A program made the translations under genes and the position numbers. A stretch of DNA of 64,000 nt. It comes from Syntrophaceae bacterium (GTDB lineage: Bacteria; Desulfobacterota; Syntrophia; Syntrophales; Smithellaceae). Numbering within the stretch: position 1 is the stretch's first letter; every line of letters starts with the position of its first letter. Below the pieces are notes generated by a model. It was not told the origin of the DNA and searched no databases. It saw only the letters and a list, made by a program, of their open reading frames with translations. The stretch spans positions 16,435-80,434 of the forward strand of contig PLMQ01000053.1 of the NCBI GenBank assembly GCA_003142535.1. Direction: 5' to 3'. Positions 45,858-55,190 of the stretch are shown in pieces.

Positions 45858-46226
45858 TTATTTTCCTCGACAGGCTGATTTACCTTTACCACGGCCTTCC
45901 GTTGTTTCGTCTGTTAATTTTCCGTTTTCAAAGGTAAGCGCGTAGATGAAATCATTTTCACCGCAGTTGTAATGCCATACCTCCACTTTATTGCCGCATT
46001 TTTTGATTTTTTTCAGCTTGCCTGATTTGTCGGTAGCTGTGTAGGTATTCCTGTTTTCGCATGTCTTTTCTTTAGACGTCGGTTTTCCGCAGGTGACGGA
46101 TACCTGTGTTTTGGTATCACCACTGCTTACTAAACCTGATCCGCAGCGAAAAGCCCAACTGTTATTGCTGATAAATAAAAAAATAATGATTAATGCGAAA
46201 AAAATAATTCCCTTGGCTACTTTCAT
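45858..46226 (-). CDS. Secreted DUF2845-like small protein
   Basis: Signal peptide, then the CGSGLVSSGDTKTQVSVTCGKP pattern and paired cysteines. Its ATG overlaps the upstream gene stop by 4 nt. Confidence 0.55.
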   Translation of the reverse strand: MKVAKGIIFFALIIIFLFISNNSWAFRCGSGLVSSGDTKTQVSVTCGKPTSKEKTCENRNTYTATDKSGKLKKIKKCGNKVEVWHYNCGENDFIYALTFENGKLTDETTEGRGKGKSACRGK

Positions 46227-47290
46227 TTTTCATCCCCCCTGATTAAAATTAAATATTCATATTTATATAGATCATAAACAAATTGCCGGATAATTTCCTG
46301 TTCATCAGTGTGTGGTACCGATAAACATAGCGCGGTGCGAACCTTGTCATTGAAGTTTAACTTAAGAAAATCGGCAAATGGACCCCGCACGACTTTATAA
46401 TTAAACGTTTCGGCGATTCTCTGCAAGTAAGAAATTTTAATTGTATATTCATCATGGCCTTTAAGGACAATCCTCTCAGGAGCGCCAGATGAATCAAAAT
46501 GGATGTAAGGTTTTAAATAAGCTGGCACCTTTGCTTCGCAACTATGTTCGCTCAGATATATGTATTTTATTCCGGCCAGGCATAAGTTTTCCAATGCTTC
46601 CCACGCACCGGTATTTATGCTCTCGCCCTCTGTTATGGATAATTGGTATTTTTCAATAAAATCTATAGCTTTCTCGTACGATAATTCATCATCTGAATTA
46701 TCTTTGTTCGTGAAACTCCAATTTCGCAAGCGAAGCGTAGCGGAATTGGCAAGTGGAACAATCCCGCGAAGCGGAGGGTATAATACCCCACAGCTTGCAG
46801 CTAAATATTTCCGAAGATTGCTTTGGGGTTTATACCCGTGGGTGTCAGAATAAAATGCTAATGTGGGCAGATCCCCCAGATTTTCGTTCATTATTACCAT
46901 GTCGAAAAGAGAAAGTGAATTTATTTCAATTTGCAAAATGTCTTTTTCTAAAAAATTTACGGGGGATCCCTGCAAAATTTCTTTTTGTTTGGCTAAGAGA
47001 TAGGGAGAAATATCGAGCATAGTTGCCTTGAGCCGCGGATTTAGAGAGAGAAAATCATGCATAAGATATCCCATGCCGCCGCCGATTTCGAGAATGGTGC
47101 TGATATTGCCCATAGGGATTATTTTTTCTAAGTAACGATAAAGCTGTGCGCCGAATGGTTCGTTGGATTGCAAAGCCTTACGGCAGGGGCTTTGGGGAGG
47201 ATAAAGCGCATTACAGACAGTAAGCTCCCAGCCTAGTGAATTCAAATCGTTGATATGGTATTTATTGGTTGTATTTAAAAAAAAGTCCAT
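46223..47290 (-). CDS. SAM-dependent methyltransferase (MidA/DUF185-like) carrying an in-frame Rep-B insertion
   Basis: ILEIGGGMGYLMHDFL motif I and VIMNENLGDLPT (compare the NE..DALP block of MidA-type enzymes). Residues HGYKPQ..WSFTN are encoded by the repeat. Confidence 0.6.
   Translation of the reverse strand: MDFFLNTTNKYHINDLNSLGWELTVCNALYPPQSPCRKALQSNEPFGAQLYRYLEKIIPMGNISTILEIGGGMGYLMHDFLSLNPRLKATMLDISPYLLAKQKEILQGSPVNFLEKDILQIEINSLSLFDMVIMNENLGDLPTLAFYSDTHGYKPQSNLRKYLAASCGVLYPPLRGIVPLANSATLRLRNWSFTNKDNSDDELSYEKAIDFIEKYQLSITEGESINTGAWEALENLCLAGIKYIYLSEHSCEAKVPAYLKPYIHFDSSGAPERIVLKGHDEYTIKISYLQRIAETFNYKVVRGPFADFLKLNFNDKVRTALCLSVPHTDEQEIIRQFVYDLYKYEYLILIRGDEK
46707..46840 (+). repeat. 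Rep-B composite element inside a coding region
   Basis: TTCGTGAAACTCCAATTTCGCAAGCGAAGCGTAGCGGAATTGGCAAGT + CAATCCCGCGAAGCGGAGGGTAT + ..TATACCCGTG, collinear with 12684-12802. Confidence 0.85.
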
Positions 47291-47299
47291 TGTATCTTC

Positions 47300-50089
47300 T
47301 TAAATATCTATTGAAAGTATATAATATTCCACTTTACTTTTTGGATAGAGCGCCTCCATGATCTTTGTGTAGCGCGTAAGCTGTTCATCGTATTTTTGTC
47401 TAAACCCCCGCATTGAGCCCGATTTATAATCAATGATTGTGATAAGATTATCGGCTACGAGCATTCTATCCACTATACCAAAGTTCTTTTTATCCGATAT
47501 CTGCTGCTCGATATAGAGCTTGCCCGGCCTAAACATTATGACAGAAACATCGCTCCTTTCGACAAAACGAATCGCTGCCCCATATTCCTCATCGTTCAAT
47601 TCTCCGGCGGGTGGGAGTTCAGCTTGATCAACAACCTTCGCCAGCCAGCGGTGAAGCCGTTCACCACGCATAATACCAGCCTTAATATAGGCAGATATAA
47701 GCGTCGGGTCAATCTCGCCATACTTATCTGGTTTATCATTATGTTTTTCGGGTACATCAAATATTGTTATGCTTTCAGCCGCTTTTGCAGGGCCGGACAA
47801 AGAGCAAATCTCCTTTTTAACGCCATCAGGTGCAAACTGCGAAAATGTATCAAGTACTGCCTGATGAACATCCTTGTAGTTCTCATCTTTCTTTGTTGGC
47901 AGAAAAACTGTAAGTGTTTGTATTGCCCTTGTCGCGGCGACATAGAAAACATTGGCCTTCTCGCGGCGCATCCGCATCAGATTTTCTTCACGATTTTCAA
48001 TAATATCCTTGGCAATGGCCGAATTGCTGGCGCCTAAGAACTCAAACTCCTTACTTGTAAATTGCACATGACATTTCTCAGTGCTCAGATAGAGTGGCGA
48101 TTCTTTTTCTTCCTCATTCCAGAAAACAAAAACATGCTTAAACTGAAGCCCTTTTGTCCCGTGGACAGTATCAACCTTAATATATTCCCGATTCTCGGCC
48201 TCAGGCACCTTCACCCTAAACCGTATATTGAACATTCGTACAAGGAAGCCATCTACGTCAGCGCCGCCTTCACTAAAGAATGACTGTGCCTCATCCTGCC
48301 ATATATCAAGTATTGTTGCGGGCAGCTTCCCGCGCAAAAGCTCAACAGCACAACTTACAGCCATTAGCCCGAAAGGCTGGGGAAATTTTTTAGCAAACTC
48401 AGTCTGGACATCCTCTATATTCCCGAATATCTCACTCCATAACGGCGACTGCGCCGCTATTTTAGTAAATTGTGTATCAACATCTTTGGCAAGAACACCT
48501 GCGATGAAAAGCATTACCGCAACACCTTCTTTTGTCGAAAGAAGTTGCCTCCCTTTGACCTCGGAAACACCGATGCCTTCCTTTGCCAGTTCAGAGGCTA
48601 TCTTCTGAACATGGTTGTTGGTAGCTGCCAGCACCGCCATATCGCCCCACTGACAGCCATACTCTACTTTTTTTGCTTTCAAAACCTCAAGTATCGCGGT
48701 ATAAAAAGTGGCTTCCGATTTGCCATCTTTTTCCAGCTCGACAAGGTTTACTTCTGTCGCGCCATCAAACCCGTTAGTTTTTACCGGCGGTTTTTGCGTT
48801 TCAGTTCTTTCTTTTCCGGCAAAGAGATTTTCTACAAGTTTATTAAAAAAAGAGATAAGAAGCGGTGTGCTTCTAAAGTTATATTCCAGCGAGCTTTCAG
48901 TTATTACGCCGTTTTCTATATAGTTCCCAATCGCCAGTTCCAGCGCATCGCGGTTTGCGCCACGCCATCCGTAGATCATTTGTTTCCAATCGCCCACGGC
49001 AAAGAACGATCTTGCGCCGCGCTCGCCATGACCGGATAAAATCTCATCAATAAGGGGAAGCAGTATCGCAATATCGCCTATCGAGGTATCCTGAAATTCG
49101 TCTATCAGAAGATGCTCAGTCCGATCAAGCCCAAGCGAGAAGTAGTTGCTCATAAGCTTCGGCCTTTCACTCGATGCGGTACCGTCAAGGGCAAGGAGGC
49201 CTTTGCGCACATCGGAGAAAAATATCAACCCTTTTTCTTTCTTAACAGTATCTGCCGCAGCAAGATATATCTCACAAAGAAACGCAACTGCCAGCTCCCT
49301 AAGGAGAGCCTTATTTATTGATAGCTTTTCGGCTGCCTTTCTGTAATCCTTGAAAATTTTGTTAAGATCGGAGTACGGGCTATTATCCCACTCTATATTT
49401 TTGCTCAGGCTCTTGTAATTTTGCAGATCAGAATGAGTTGCAACTGTTTTGGAAATAAAACTGTCATAATCGGTCAAAGCTTTTATAACCCTATTTTGAA
49501 CATTACCAGCCGGGATCTGTTCCGACAAATTATTCGCCTTTTTACTAAGAGATTCCAGCGTATTCCTTAATATGCCGTTCTCTTTCATAATATCATCAAG
49601 ATCTTCCAACCTATCCATATCCGAAAGACAGCGCCCGATAGTTTGTTCATCGGCAAGAGGCCCCCAAAGTGTATCAATGTCTGTTCCCAATATCCTGGCA
49701 GCTATTATGAGCTTATTTCCCTTGCCGCTTCTTATTACGCTATCGCGAAAAAGGTTTTCGATCTCACCAGATAATTCTATCTGTGCCTTCTCATCAGCCA
49801 ACTTTGGCGCAAAACCGGATGCGGCAAACAGCCTGTAGAAAAAGGAATCTATCGTCGAATACCCGACGCGACCCGCCTCCATAATAAGTCCCAGCCTATC
49901 CAACAGGAGCATGTCTTTTTTTGATGCTATCTTTTCCATTATACGGGAGCGCATCTCGGCTGTGGCTGCACGCGTAAATGTAAGGGCGGAGATGAATTTT
50001 CCTCTGATAGATATTCTGTTAAATACCTCATCGGTAAGCCTTGTTGTTTTTCCCGAACCTGCCGAAGCTTTCAGAAGAATACTTTCCAT
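47300..50089 (-). CDS. addA: AddA-type UvrD-family helicase with C-terminal PD-(D/E)XK nuclease
   Basis: ASAGSGKT Walker A, LLIDEFQDTS, VGDWKQMIYGWRGA, VHGTKGLQF, YVAATRA and the C-terminal IIDYKSG..QLTRY nuclease motif. Confidence 0.8.
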   Translation of the reverse strand: MESILLKASAGSGKTTRLTDEVFNRISIRGKFISALTFTRAATAEMRSRIMEKIASKKDMLLLDRLGLIMEAGRVGYSTIDSFFYRLFAASGFAPKLADEKAQIELSGEIENLFRDSVIRSGKGNKLIIAARILGTDIDTLWGPLADEQTIGRCLSDMDRLEDLDDIMKENGILRNTLESLSKKANNLSEQIPAGNVQNRVIKALTDYDSFISKTVATHSDLQNYKSLSKNIEWDNSPYSDLNKIFKDYRKAAEKLSINKALLRELAVAFLCEIYLAAADTVKKEKGLIFFSDVRKGLLALDGTASSERPKLMSNYFSLGLDRTEHLLIDEFQDTSIGDIAILLPLIDEILSGHGERGARSFFAVGDWKQMIYGWRGANRDALELAIGNYIENGVITESSLEYNFRSTPLLISFFNKLVENLFAGKERTETQKPPVKTNGFDGATEVNLVELEKDGKSEATFYTAILEVLKAKKVEYGCQWGDMAVLAATNNHVQKIASELAKEGIGVSEVKGRQLLSTKEGVAVMLFIAGVLAKDVDTQFTKIAAQSPLWSEIFGNIEDVQTEFAKKFPQPFGLMAVSCAVELLRGKLPATILDIWQDEAQSFFSEGGADVDGFLVRMFNIRFRVKVPEAENREYIKVDTVHGTKGLQFKHVFVFWNEEEKESPLYLSTEKCHVQFTSKEFEFLGASNSAIAKDIIENREENLMRMRREKANVFYVAATRAIQTLTVFLPTKKDENYKDVHQAVLDTFSQFAPDGVKKEICSLSGPAKAAESITIFDVPEKHNDKPDKYGEIDPTLISAYIKAGIMRGERLHRWLAKVVDQAELPPAGELNDEEYGAAIRFVERSDVSVIMFRPGKLYIEQQISDKKNFGIVDRMLVADNLITIIDYKSGSMRGFRQKYDEQLTRYTKIMEALYPKSKVEYYILSIDI

Positions 50090-52509
50090 CAGTTATTCCC
50101 CCGTGAAGCCTTATAATAAGCTTCTCTTCCGCATAGTGCCTGAAACTGGCAGTATTCACACTCCTGACAGTTATGCTCAGATAGAAGTTCACTGCCGCCG
50201 ATTATTGTATCTAAGCGCTCCTTAATAGCCAGCATAAGCTCATCCGCCGTAGCACTCTGCTCCTGTGGAAGCACCATAACCCGATCTTTTGCGGATTCTT
50301 TCAGGAAATAAAAACGAGCACCTTCCACACCTTCATTAAAGTGCTGATAGATGATAAGCTGCGCCGCAGGGTGCAGAACACCTTTTTCTTTAAAGCGCTC
50401 CAGCACTGTTGTTCTTTCTGAGATCTTATACTTGCCTATTTTTTTTGAATATTTGAAATCAATAACCTCGGTACGCCCTGCTATGTTGGCCAGTCTATCT
50501 AAGCGTCCGGTTATCTTATAGTAGCCGGCGATCATACCGCTGAATTTTTCCTCGCACGATATAACATTATCGGCAAAAACTATGCGCTCGCCTGCCTCCA
50601 GCTCGTCTTCATATATCTCCTTTAATAACAACTTTGCGTTAAGCATGTAGATATTTATCCCATCAATATTTCTTACTGCGGCGTTATCATTATTCTGCCA
50701 CAACTCATCAAAAAGATTCTCCCAGTTATTCAGCATTTCCTTACGGTCAGTCGAGAGTTGTTGCAGGAATTTATGGACAAAATTTCCCATCTGCATATTT
50801 ATTTTCTCATCATCATCCATAAATGAAGGGGCTTCCATCTTAAGTATATATTGATGGTAGAACAAAAACGGGCACGCCAGAATATTTACAAGACTTGAAA
50901 ACGAATAGGTGAGATCTTTAAGCCTGCTCCTTAGATTATCATCAATTGGTATCGAAGGCTTTTTAGTAATTTGCTTTTCAGGAAGTGGTTCTTTAAATGC
51001 TATTGTCGTTATAGGCTTCCCAAATTCCTGCGAAAGAAGGCTCATATAATAGCTGGGAGTTCTTTCCCGTAGTTTATCGTCCACCGCTGCTATTTTGATC
51101 CTGTCGCCCTGCGCCAGAATCTGCCGGAAAAGAAGGTCCTCGTATTCAAATACACTTTTTCTCATCTGTGGAACATGCACTGGATTGATGAAAGGCCCTT
51201 CAAAAGGCTGTGTCGGCATTATGCCGCTATCAAGTGGAAGTATTAATCCCCGGCTGAATCTCTCTCCCGAAACATGGCCGAAACCGACAACCTGCACCGG
51301 TGCCGATCTGCTCCCTGTGATGCGAAATTTTTTCGCTTCGATAAACATTTTCGCAGCTTCAGTTAGATTACGCCCCAGCCTCTCTTTCCAATCATCAAAA
51401 AGGGTGGAAAAAGATACGGCAGTCTCCAACGCCTCACACTCCTCACGGACATAATTCTCTCTATTCTTCGATAATTCAATCGCGCAGTTTGTGGCATATC
51501 TCTTAAAATCAGGCATTAAGCATGCATGCTCAGCCTTTTCTATCTCCGCCAAAAGCCTTCTGCCTGCCGAAGTTGTCGAGAACGGCAGCCAAACAGCAAG
51601 ATTGACGGCACTTCCGAACAGGCGCAGCGATCTGTTCCAGAGCATTGTTGTGAGCGACTCATCAAGCAGGAATATCATCAACTGATCTATTTCCGACCGT
51701 TCTTTAAGGAAATTGGAAATCTCCAGTGTGACCAGGTCAACTATCGCATGAAGCCCGGGAAGCCTGATCAGCTCAATACCTGCGCTTGCTGAGGGCGCGA
51801 CCTCGCCGCCGAATGACAAAACAAGATTTTTTGCCGAATCAAACGGAAGCGGATCTAGCCCGGATAATTCCAGCCCGAAAATCGGCTTATCAATGAATAA
51901 CTGTTCTTTGCTTATCTTTCTATAAAACCGCTCTGTCACTGGCGTTATCTCGGGCAGTCCGATAAATATTTCCTTTTCGCCCGGAGTGATCTCATCCAGC
52001 CGCGCTATTTCAAGTTCCGGCATAAATAGATTTATTGCGGAAAGCCACACGCGAAAAGCCTGTGCAGTTTCGAGGTATTCCTCCAGTCTATTCCATTCAT
52101 CTTCGGTAAAGCGCTCTGCGCCGAAAATATTATTTTTGCTAATATTATATTCAGCGAGTTTGGAAATAAGCGGAAGAAGACTGGCGGCGTGACGTGCCGG
52201 ATATGGTTGATCAGGAAACCGCTCGGCAATGAACGAGATAAAGTAAAGTAGCCGCTCATCATCCAGTAGCGGCTGAAGTTTCGATCTTTCAGTAATCTTT
52301 TTAGTTATATATGATTTAAAGCTTTCGACTTGGGGAAGTATACCGCCAAGATCGCAGCGTATAAGGTGCTGCACGGGGTCAACAGCCTTGTCGTTTGCAC
52401 AAATTATCGCCCAGGCGGAAAGATCAGGATAATCATTGCGCAGAAACTCCATTAACTTTCCCGAATATTGCGACATGCTGTCTCCTAATGAATATATGTT
52501 GTTTTTCAC
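50089..52509 (-). CDS. addB: AddB-type nuclease subunit with Fe-S cysteines
   Basis: No Walker A. C-terminal VIDFKYS..AQLIIYQ PD-(D/E)XK motifs flanked by Cys (ILACPF) and CQECEYCQFQALC. The stop overlaps the addA ATG by 1 nt. Confidence 0.7.
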   Translation of the reverse strand: MKNNIYSLGDSMSQYSGKLMEFLRNDYPDLSAWAIICANDKAVDPVQHLIRCDLGGILPQVESFKSYITKKITERSKLQPLLDDERLLYFISFIAERFPDQPYPARHAASLLPLISKLAEYNISKNNIFGAERFTEDEWNRLEEYLETAQAFRVWLSAINLFMPELEIARLDEITPGEKEIFIGLPEITPVTERFYRKISKEQLFIDKPIFGLELSGLDPLPFDSAKNLVLSFGGEVAPSASAGIELIRLPGLHAIVDLVTLEISNFLKERSEIDQLMIFLLDESLTTMLWNRSLRLFGSAVNLAVWLPFSTTSAGRRLLAEIEKAEHACLMPDFKRYATNCAIELSKNRENYVREECEALETAVSFSTLFDDWKERLGRNLTEAAKMFIEAKKFRITGSRSAPVQVVGFGHVSGERFSRGLILPLDSGIMPTQPFEGPFINPVHVPQMRKSVFEYEDLLFRQILAQGDRIKIAAVDDKLRERTPSYYMSLLSQEFGKPITTIAFKEPLPEKQITKKPSIPIDDNLRSRLKDLTYSFSSLVNILACPFLFYHQYILKMEAPSFMDDDEKINMQMGNFVHKFLQQLSTDRKEMLNNWENLFDELWQNNDNAAVRNIDGINIYMLNAKLLLKEIYEDELEAGERIVFADNVISCEEKFSGMIAGYYKITGRLDRLANIAGRTEVIDFKYSKKIGKYKISERTTVLERFKEKGVLHPAAQLIIYQHFNEGVEGARFYFLKESAKDRVMVLPQEQSATADELMLAIKERLDTIIGGSELLSEHNCQECEYCQFQALCGREAYYKASRGNN

Positions 52510-52810
52510 AATTTCCCTCTAACTCACAAAACCAGTTTTCATTATATATATCCTTTCCCGCTACAATTGCAAAAAAAATCCAAAACCAAAGTAGCGGATG
52601 CGCTAAGAAAAGATAAAGATTCCCACGGACAGAGCAGAAGATAAATCAAAAGGTTGATTGTTAATAGATTACCTAATTATATTAATAATTTATATCCTGT
52701 GATACATCTTGACAATTATTTGGTAATCCATTAGGTTACCTGACTAATTTACAGCAGAATCATGCACGGAAGCATTATCGCTGAATGTGTTTTAAAAGGG
52801 GGAAGTGGCA

Positions 52811-53221
52811 ATGATTGGTGTGTTAATTACAACGCACGGTAACCTGGGGAATGAGCTTATTAAAGCGGCGGAATTGATCAAGGGTCCGATCAATGGATTA
52901 TCATATGTTTCGGCGGACCAGACAAAAGGTGTGGAAGATCTAAAAAAAGAAATCGGTAATGCCATAAAAAAACTGGATAAAGGTAAAGGGGTCTTAATCC
53001 TGACAGATCTATTCGGCGGCACGCCTTCCAATATTTCTCTTTCTTTTATGAAGGATGGAAAAGTGGAAGTTGTTACCGGAGTTAATTTGCCGATGTTGCT
53101 GAAATTATCGGAAGTAAAAGAAGAAATATCTTTAAAAGAATTTGCGTGTTATGTTAAGGATTATGGAAAAAAGAATATTTCACTGGCCAGTGAAATATTA
53201 GAAAAAAAAGCTCTAGGGTGA
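52811..53221 (+). CDS. PTS EIIA component, mannose family
   Basis: MIGVLITTHGNLG (phospho-His region) and LILTDLFGGTPSN. ATG 52811 follows a GGGGGAAG SD. Confidence 0.8.
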   Translation: MIGVLITTHGNLGNELIKAAELIKGPINGLSYVSADQTKGVEDLKKEIGNAIKKLDKGKGVLILTDLFGGTPSNISLSFMKDGKVEVVTGVNLPMLLKLSEVKEEISLKEFACYVKDYGKKNISLASEILEKKALG

Positions 53222-53225
53222 TTGA

Positions 53226-53756
53226 TTGGCGGATACCTTCGACATAGCCCTCGTAAGGGTTGATAACAGACTGGTTCACGGTCAGATACTGGAAGCCTGG
53301 GTGCCCTATACTAAAGCTCAGAATATAATAATTGTTAATGATAATGTGGCGAGTGACTTTTATTGTGAAACTGTAATTCGTATGGCAGTGCCGAGTGAAG
53401 TGGAAGTGATAATCAGTCCGGTGGAAGAATTTGCCAAAAATTATTCTTATAGCCATCATAATGGCGGGAAAAAGACCATAGTGCTATTTAGCAGCATTGC
53501 TGATGCCAGCAGAGCATACCATCTTGGATTTCATTTTGATAAACTTAATATTGGCAACATTTACAACGAGGATTATAAGCTCTGCTGTGCGCCTTCTGTT
53601 TTTTTATGTGCCGATGAAATCCAGACTATAGAAAAACTCATTAAGGAAGAAGGGGTTACAATAGAATTAAAGCGTGTGCCGCGGGAGAGGGCTGTTGAGT
53701 TTGAGAAAGTTCTTAAGGAATATGACAAAAAATCGCCTAAAAAAGCTGGTATTTAA
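53226..53756 (+). CDS. PTS EIIB component, mannose/sorbose family
   Basis: LVRVDNRLVHGQILEAW signature with the phospho-His. TTG start. Confidence 0.75.
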   Translation: MADTFDIALVRVDNRLVHGQILEAWVPYTKAQNIIIVNDNVASDFYCETVIRMAVPSEVEVIISPVEEFAKNYSYSHHNGGKKTIVLFSSIADASRAYHLGFHFDKLNIGNIYNEDYKLCCAPSVFLCADEIQTIEKLIKEEGVTIELKRVPRERAVEFEKVLKEYDKKSPKKAGI

Positions 53757-54452
53757 TTGATAACGAAAATTATTATTTTATCTTTTTGCGGCGGCCTGTT
53801 TTGTCTGGATCGTATATTTATCCAGGCCATGATCTCACGGCCGATAATTATCGCCCCATTTATCGGGCTTCTGCTGAATAATCCATACGCCGGACTCATC
53901 ATTGGATCAATAGTTGAACTTTTCTGGATGGATCTCATACCGGTCGGCACGTACATACCTCCGAACGACTCCCTTGTCGCCGTGATCGCGACTTCGATTG
54001 CTATATTAGCAGGACAGAAGCTCGGCGTAACTACTCCGCAATTAATTGCCTTTTCCATTCTCATTACCATTCCCTTTGGTGTTTTGGCTAAATATATGGA
54101 AATTGCCATAATTCAATCCAATGATGCTCTATCTGATCAGGCAATGGAAGATGCCAAAACAGTAAATATCCGTGGTATTGAACAAAAGAACTATTGGGGA
54201 TTAATCAAGGTATTCTTATCCATTGTTATCTATTTGTTAATTATTCAGTCTATCCTTATACCATTTGTAATATGGGTATTTCCGAAGCTTATTCCACCCG
54301 TGTACTCTGCGCTTTCTCTTACTTATTATTTCCTGCCTTTATTAGGAATTGCGGTCGCGATTAATACTATCAAACTGCGTGGCGCAATTCCTGTTTTTTG
54401 TGCTCTATTTTTGATAATGGCTGTTGTTCTGGATTATTTCCATGTGCTCTGA
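53757..54452 (+). CDS. PTS EIIC component, mannose family
   Basis: 231-aa polytopic membrane protein immediately after EIIB, with an ELFWMDLIPVG block. TTG start. Confidence 0.65.
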   Translation: MITKIIILSFCGGLFCLDRIFIQAMISRPIIIAPFIGLLLNNPYAGLIIGSIVELFWMDLIPVGTYIPPNDSLVAVIATSIAILAGQKLGVTTPQLIAFSILITIPFGVLAKYMEIAIIQSNDALSDQAMEDAKTVNIRGIEQKNYWGLIKVFLSIVIYLLIIQSILIPFVIWVFPKLIPPVYSALSLTYYFLPLLGIAVAINTIKLRGAIPVFCALFLIMAVVLDYFHVL

Positions 54453-54927
54453 AAATGCTTGTCGGCAGGTGATAATCGACCTGATGAATAATGATGACCT
54501 ACCCGAAATTATGGCTATCGAGAAAGAATCATTTGTATCACCATGGACACCGGGAATGTTTATAGGAGAAATTGAAGCCCGACAATCCCAGTGCCTGACT
54601 GCAAAGATTAACCTGAGTAAAAAAGTCATAATTGGCGGTTACATTGTTTTTTGGATAGTTGTCGATGAAGCGCACTTACACAATCTGGCTGTAAAAAAGG
54701 AATATCGCCAGCAGGGATTGGCGCGGCATCTCCTGGAAGTGATGTGGGAAATATCAAGGCAGGAAGGATTGAAATCACAGACTCTAGAAGTCCGGGAATC
54801 AAATGCAGAAGCAATAAGACTTTACCAGAAATGCGGTTTTGTAGTAAAAGGAAGGAGGCCGCTTTATTACACGGATACCCGGGAAGATGCAATAATTATG
54901 TGGGCAGATGTGAAATCACGGGTATGA
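54442..54927 (+). CDS. rimI: Ribosomal-protein-alanine N-acetyltransferase (GNAT)
   Basis: IMAIEKESFVSPW, LHNLAVKKEYRQQGLARHLL (acetyl-CoA site) and NAEAIRLYQKCGF. The last 4 codons and the stop lie in Rep-B. Confidence 0.8.
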   Translation: MCSENACRQVIIDLMNNDDLPEIMAIEKESFVSPWTPGMFIGEIEARQSQCLTAKINLSKKVIIGGYIVFWIVVDEAHLHNLAVKKEYRQQGLARHLLEVMWEISRQEGLKSQTLEVRESNAEAIRLYQKCGFVVKGRRPLYYTDTREDAIIMWADVKSRV

Positions 54928-55186
54928 GAACCCCAAAGCAGCTATGGTGTATTTTATACCCTCCGCTGCGCGGGATAATTCGACCATCAAACTTCAGCTT
55001 GTGACCTTTAGGTTGCGCACTTTGTTTCTGAAGTTTTGGTCTCATTACCATCCGCTGAGCGGGATAATTCGACCTGCAAACTTCAGCTCACTTTGTTTCT
55101 GAAGTTTGGGTCTCATTACAACTTACCAAGTTCAACTTGTGACCTTTAGGTTATGTACTACGTTTTTAAAATTGGAGTTTCACGAA
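54916..55186 (-). repeat. Rep-B modular array (about 270 bp) filling the whole rimI-pyrK spacer
   Basis: TCACGGGTAT..ATACCCTCCGCTGCGCGGGATAATTCGACC..two CTTCAG/CTGAAG hairpin modules..two GTGACCTTTAGGTT modules..AATTGGAGTTTCACGAA, ending 4 nt before the pyrK ATG. Confidence 0.85.
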
Positions 55187-55190
55187 GAAA

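Noticed and set aside
47300-52509. The UvrD-helicase plus nuclease pair considered as a phage-defence system (Gabija-like or similar).
   Set aside because: The motif set matches AddA (helicase plus C-terminal PD-(D/E)XK) and AddB (Fe-S staple nuclease, no ATPase) with the usual overlapping addB-addA order. There is no OLD/TOPRIM ATPase partner. It is best read as recombinational repair.
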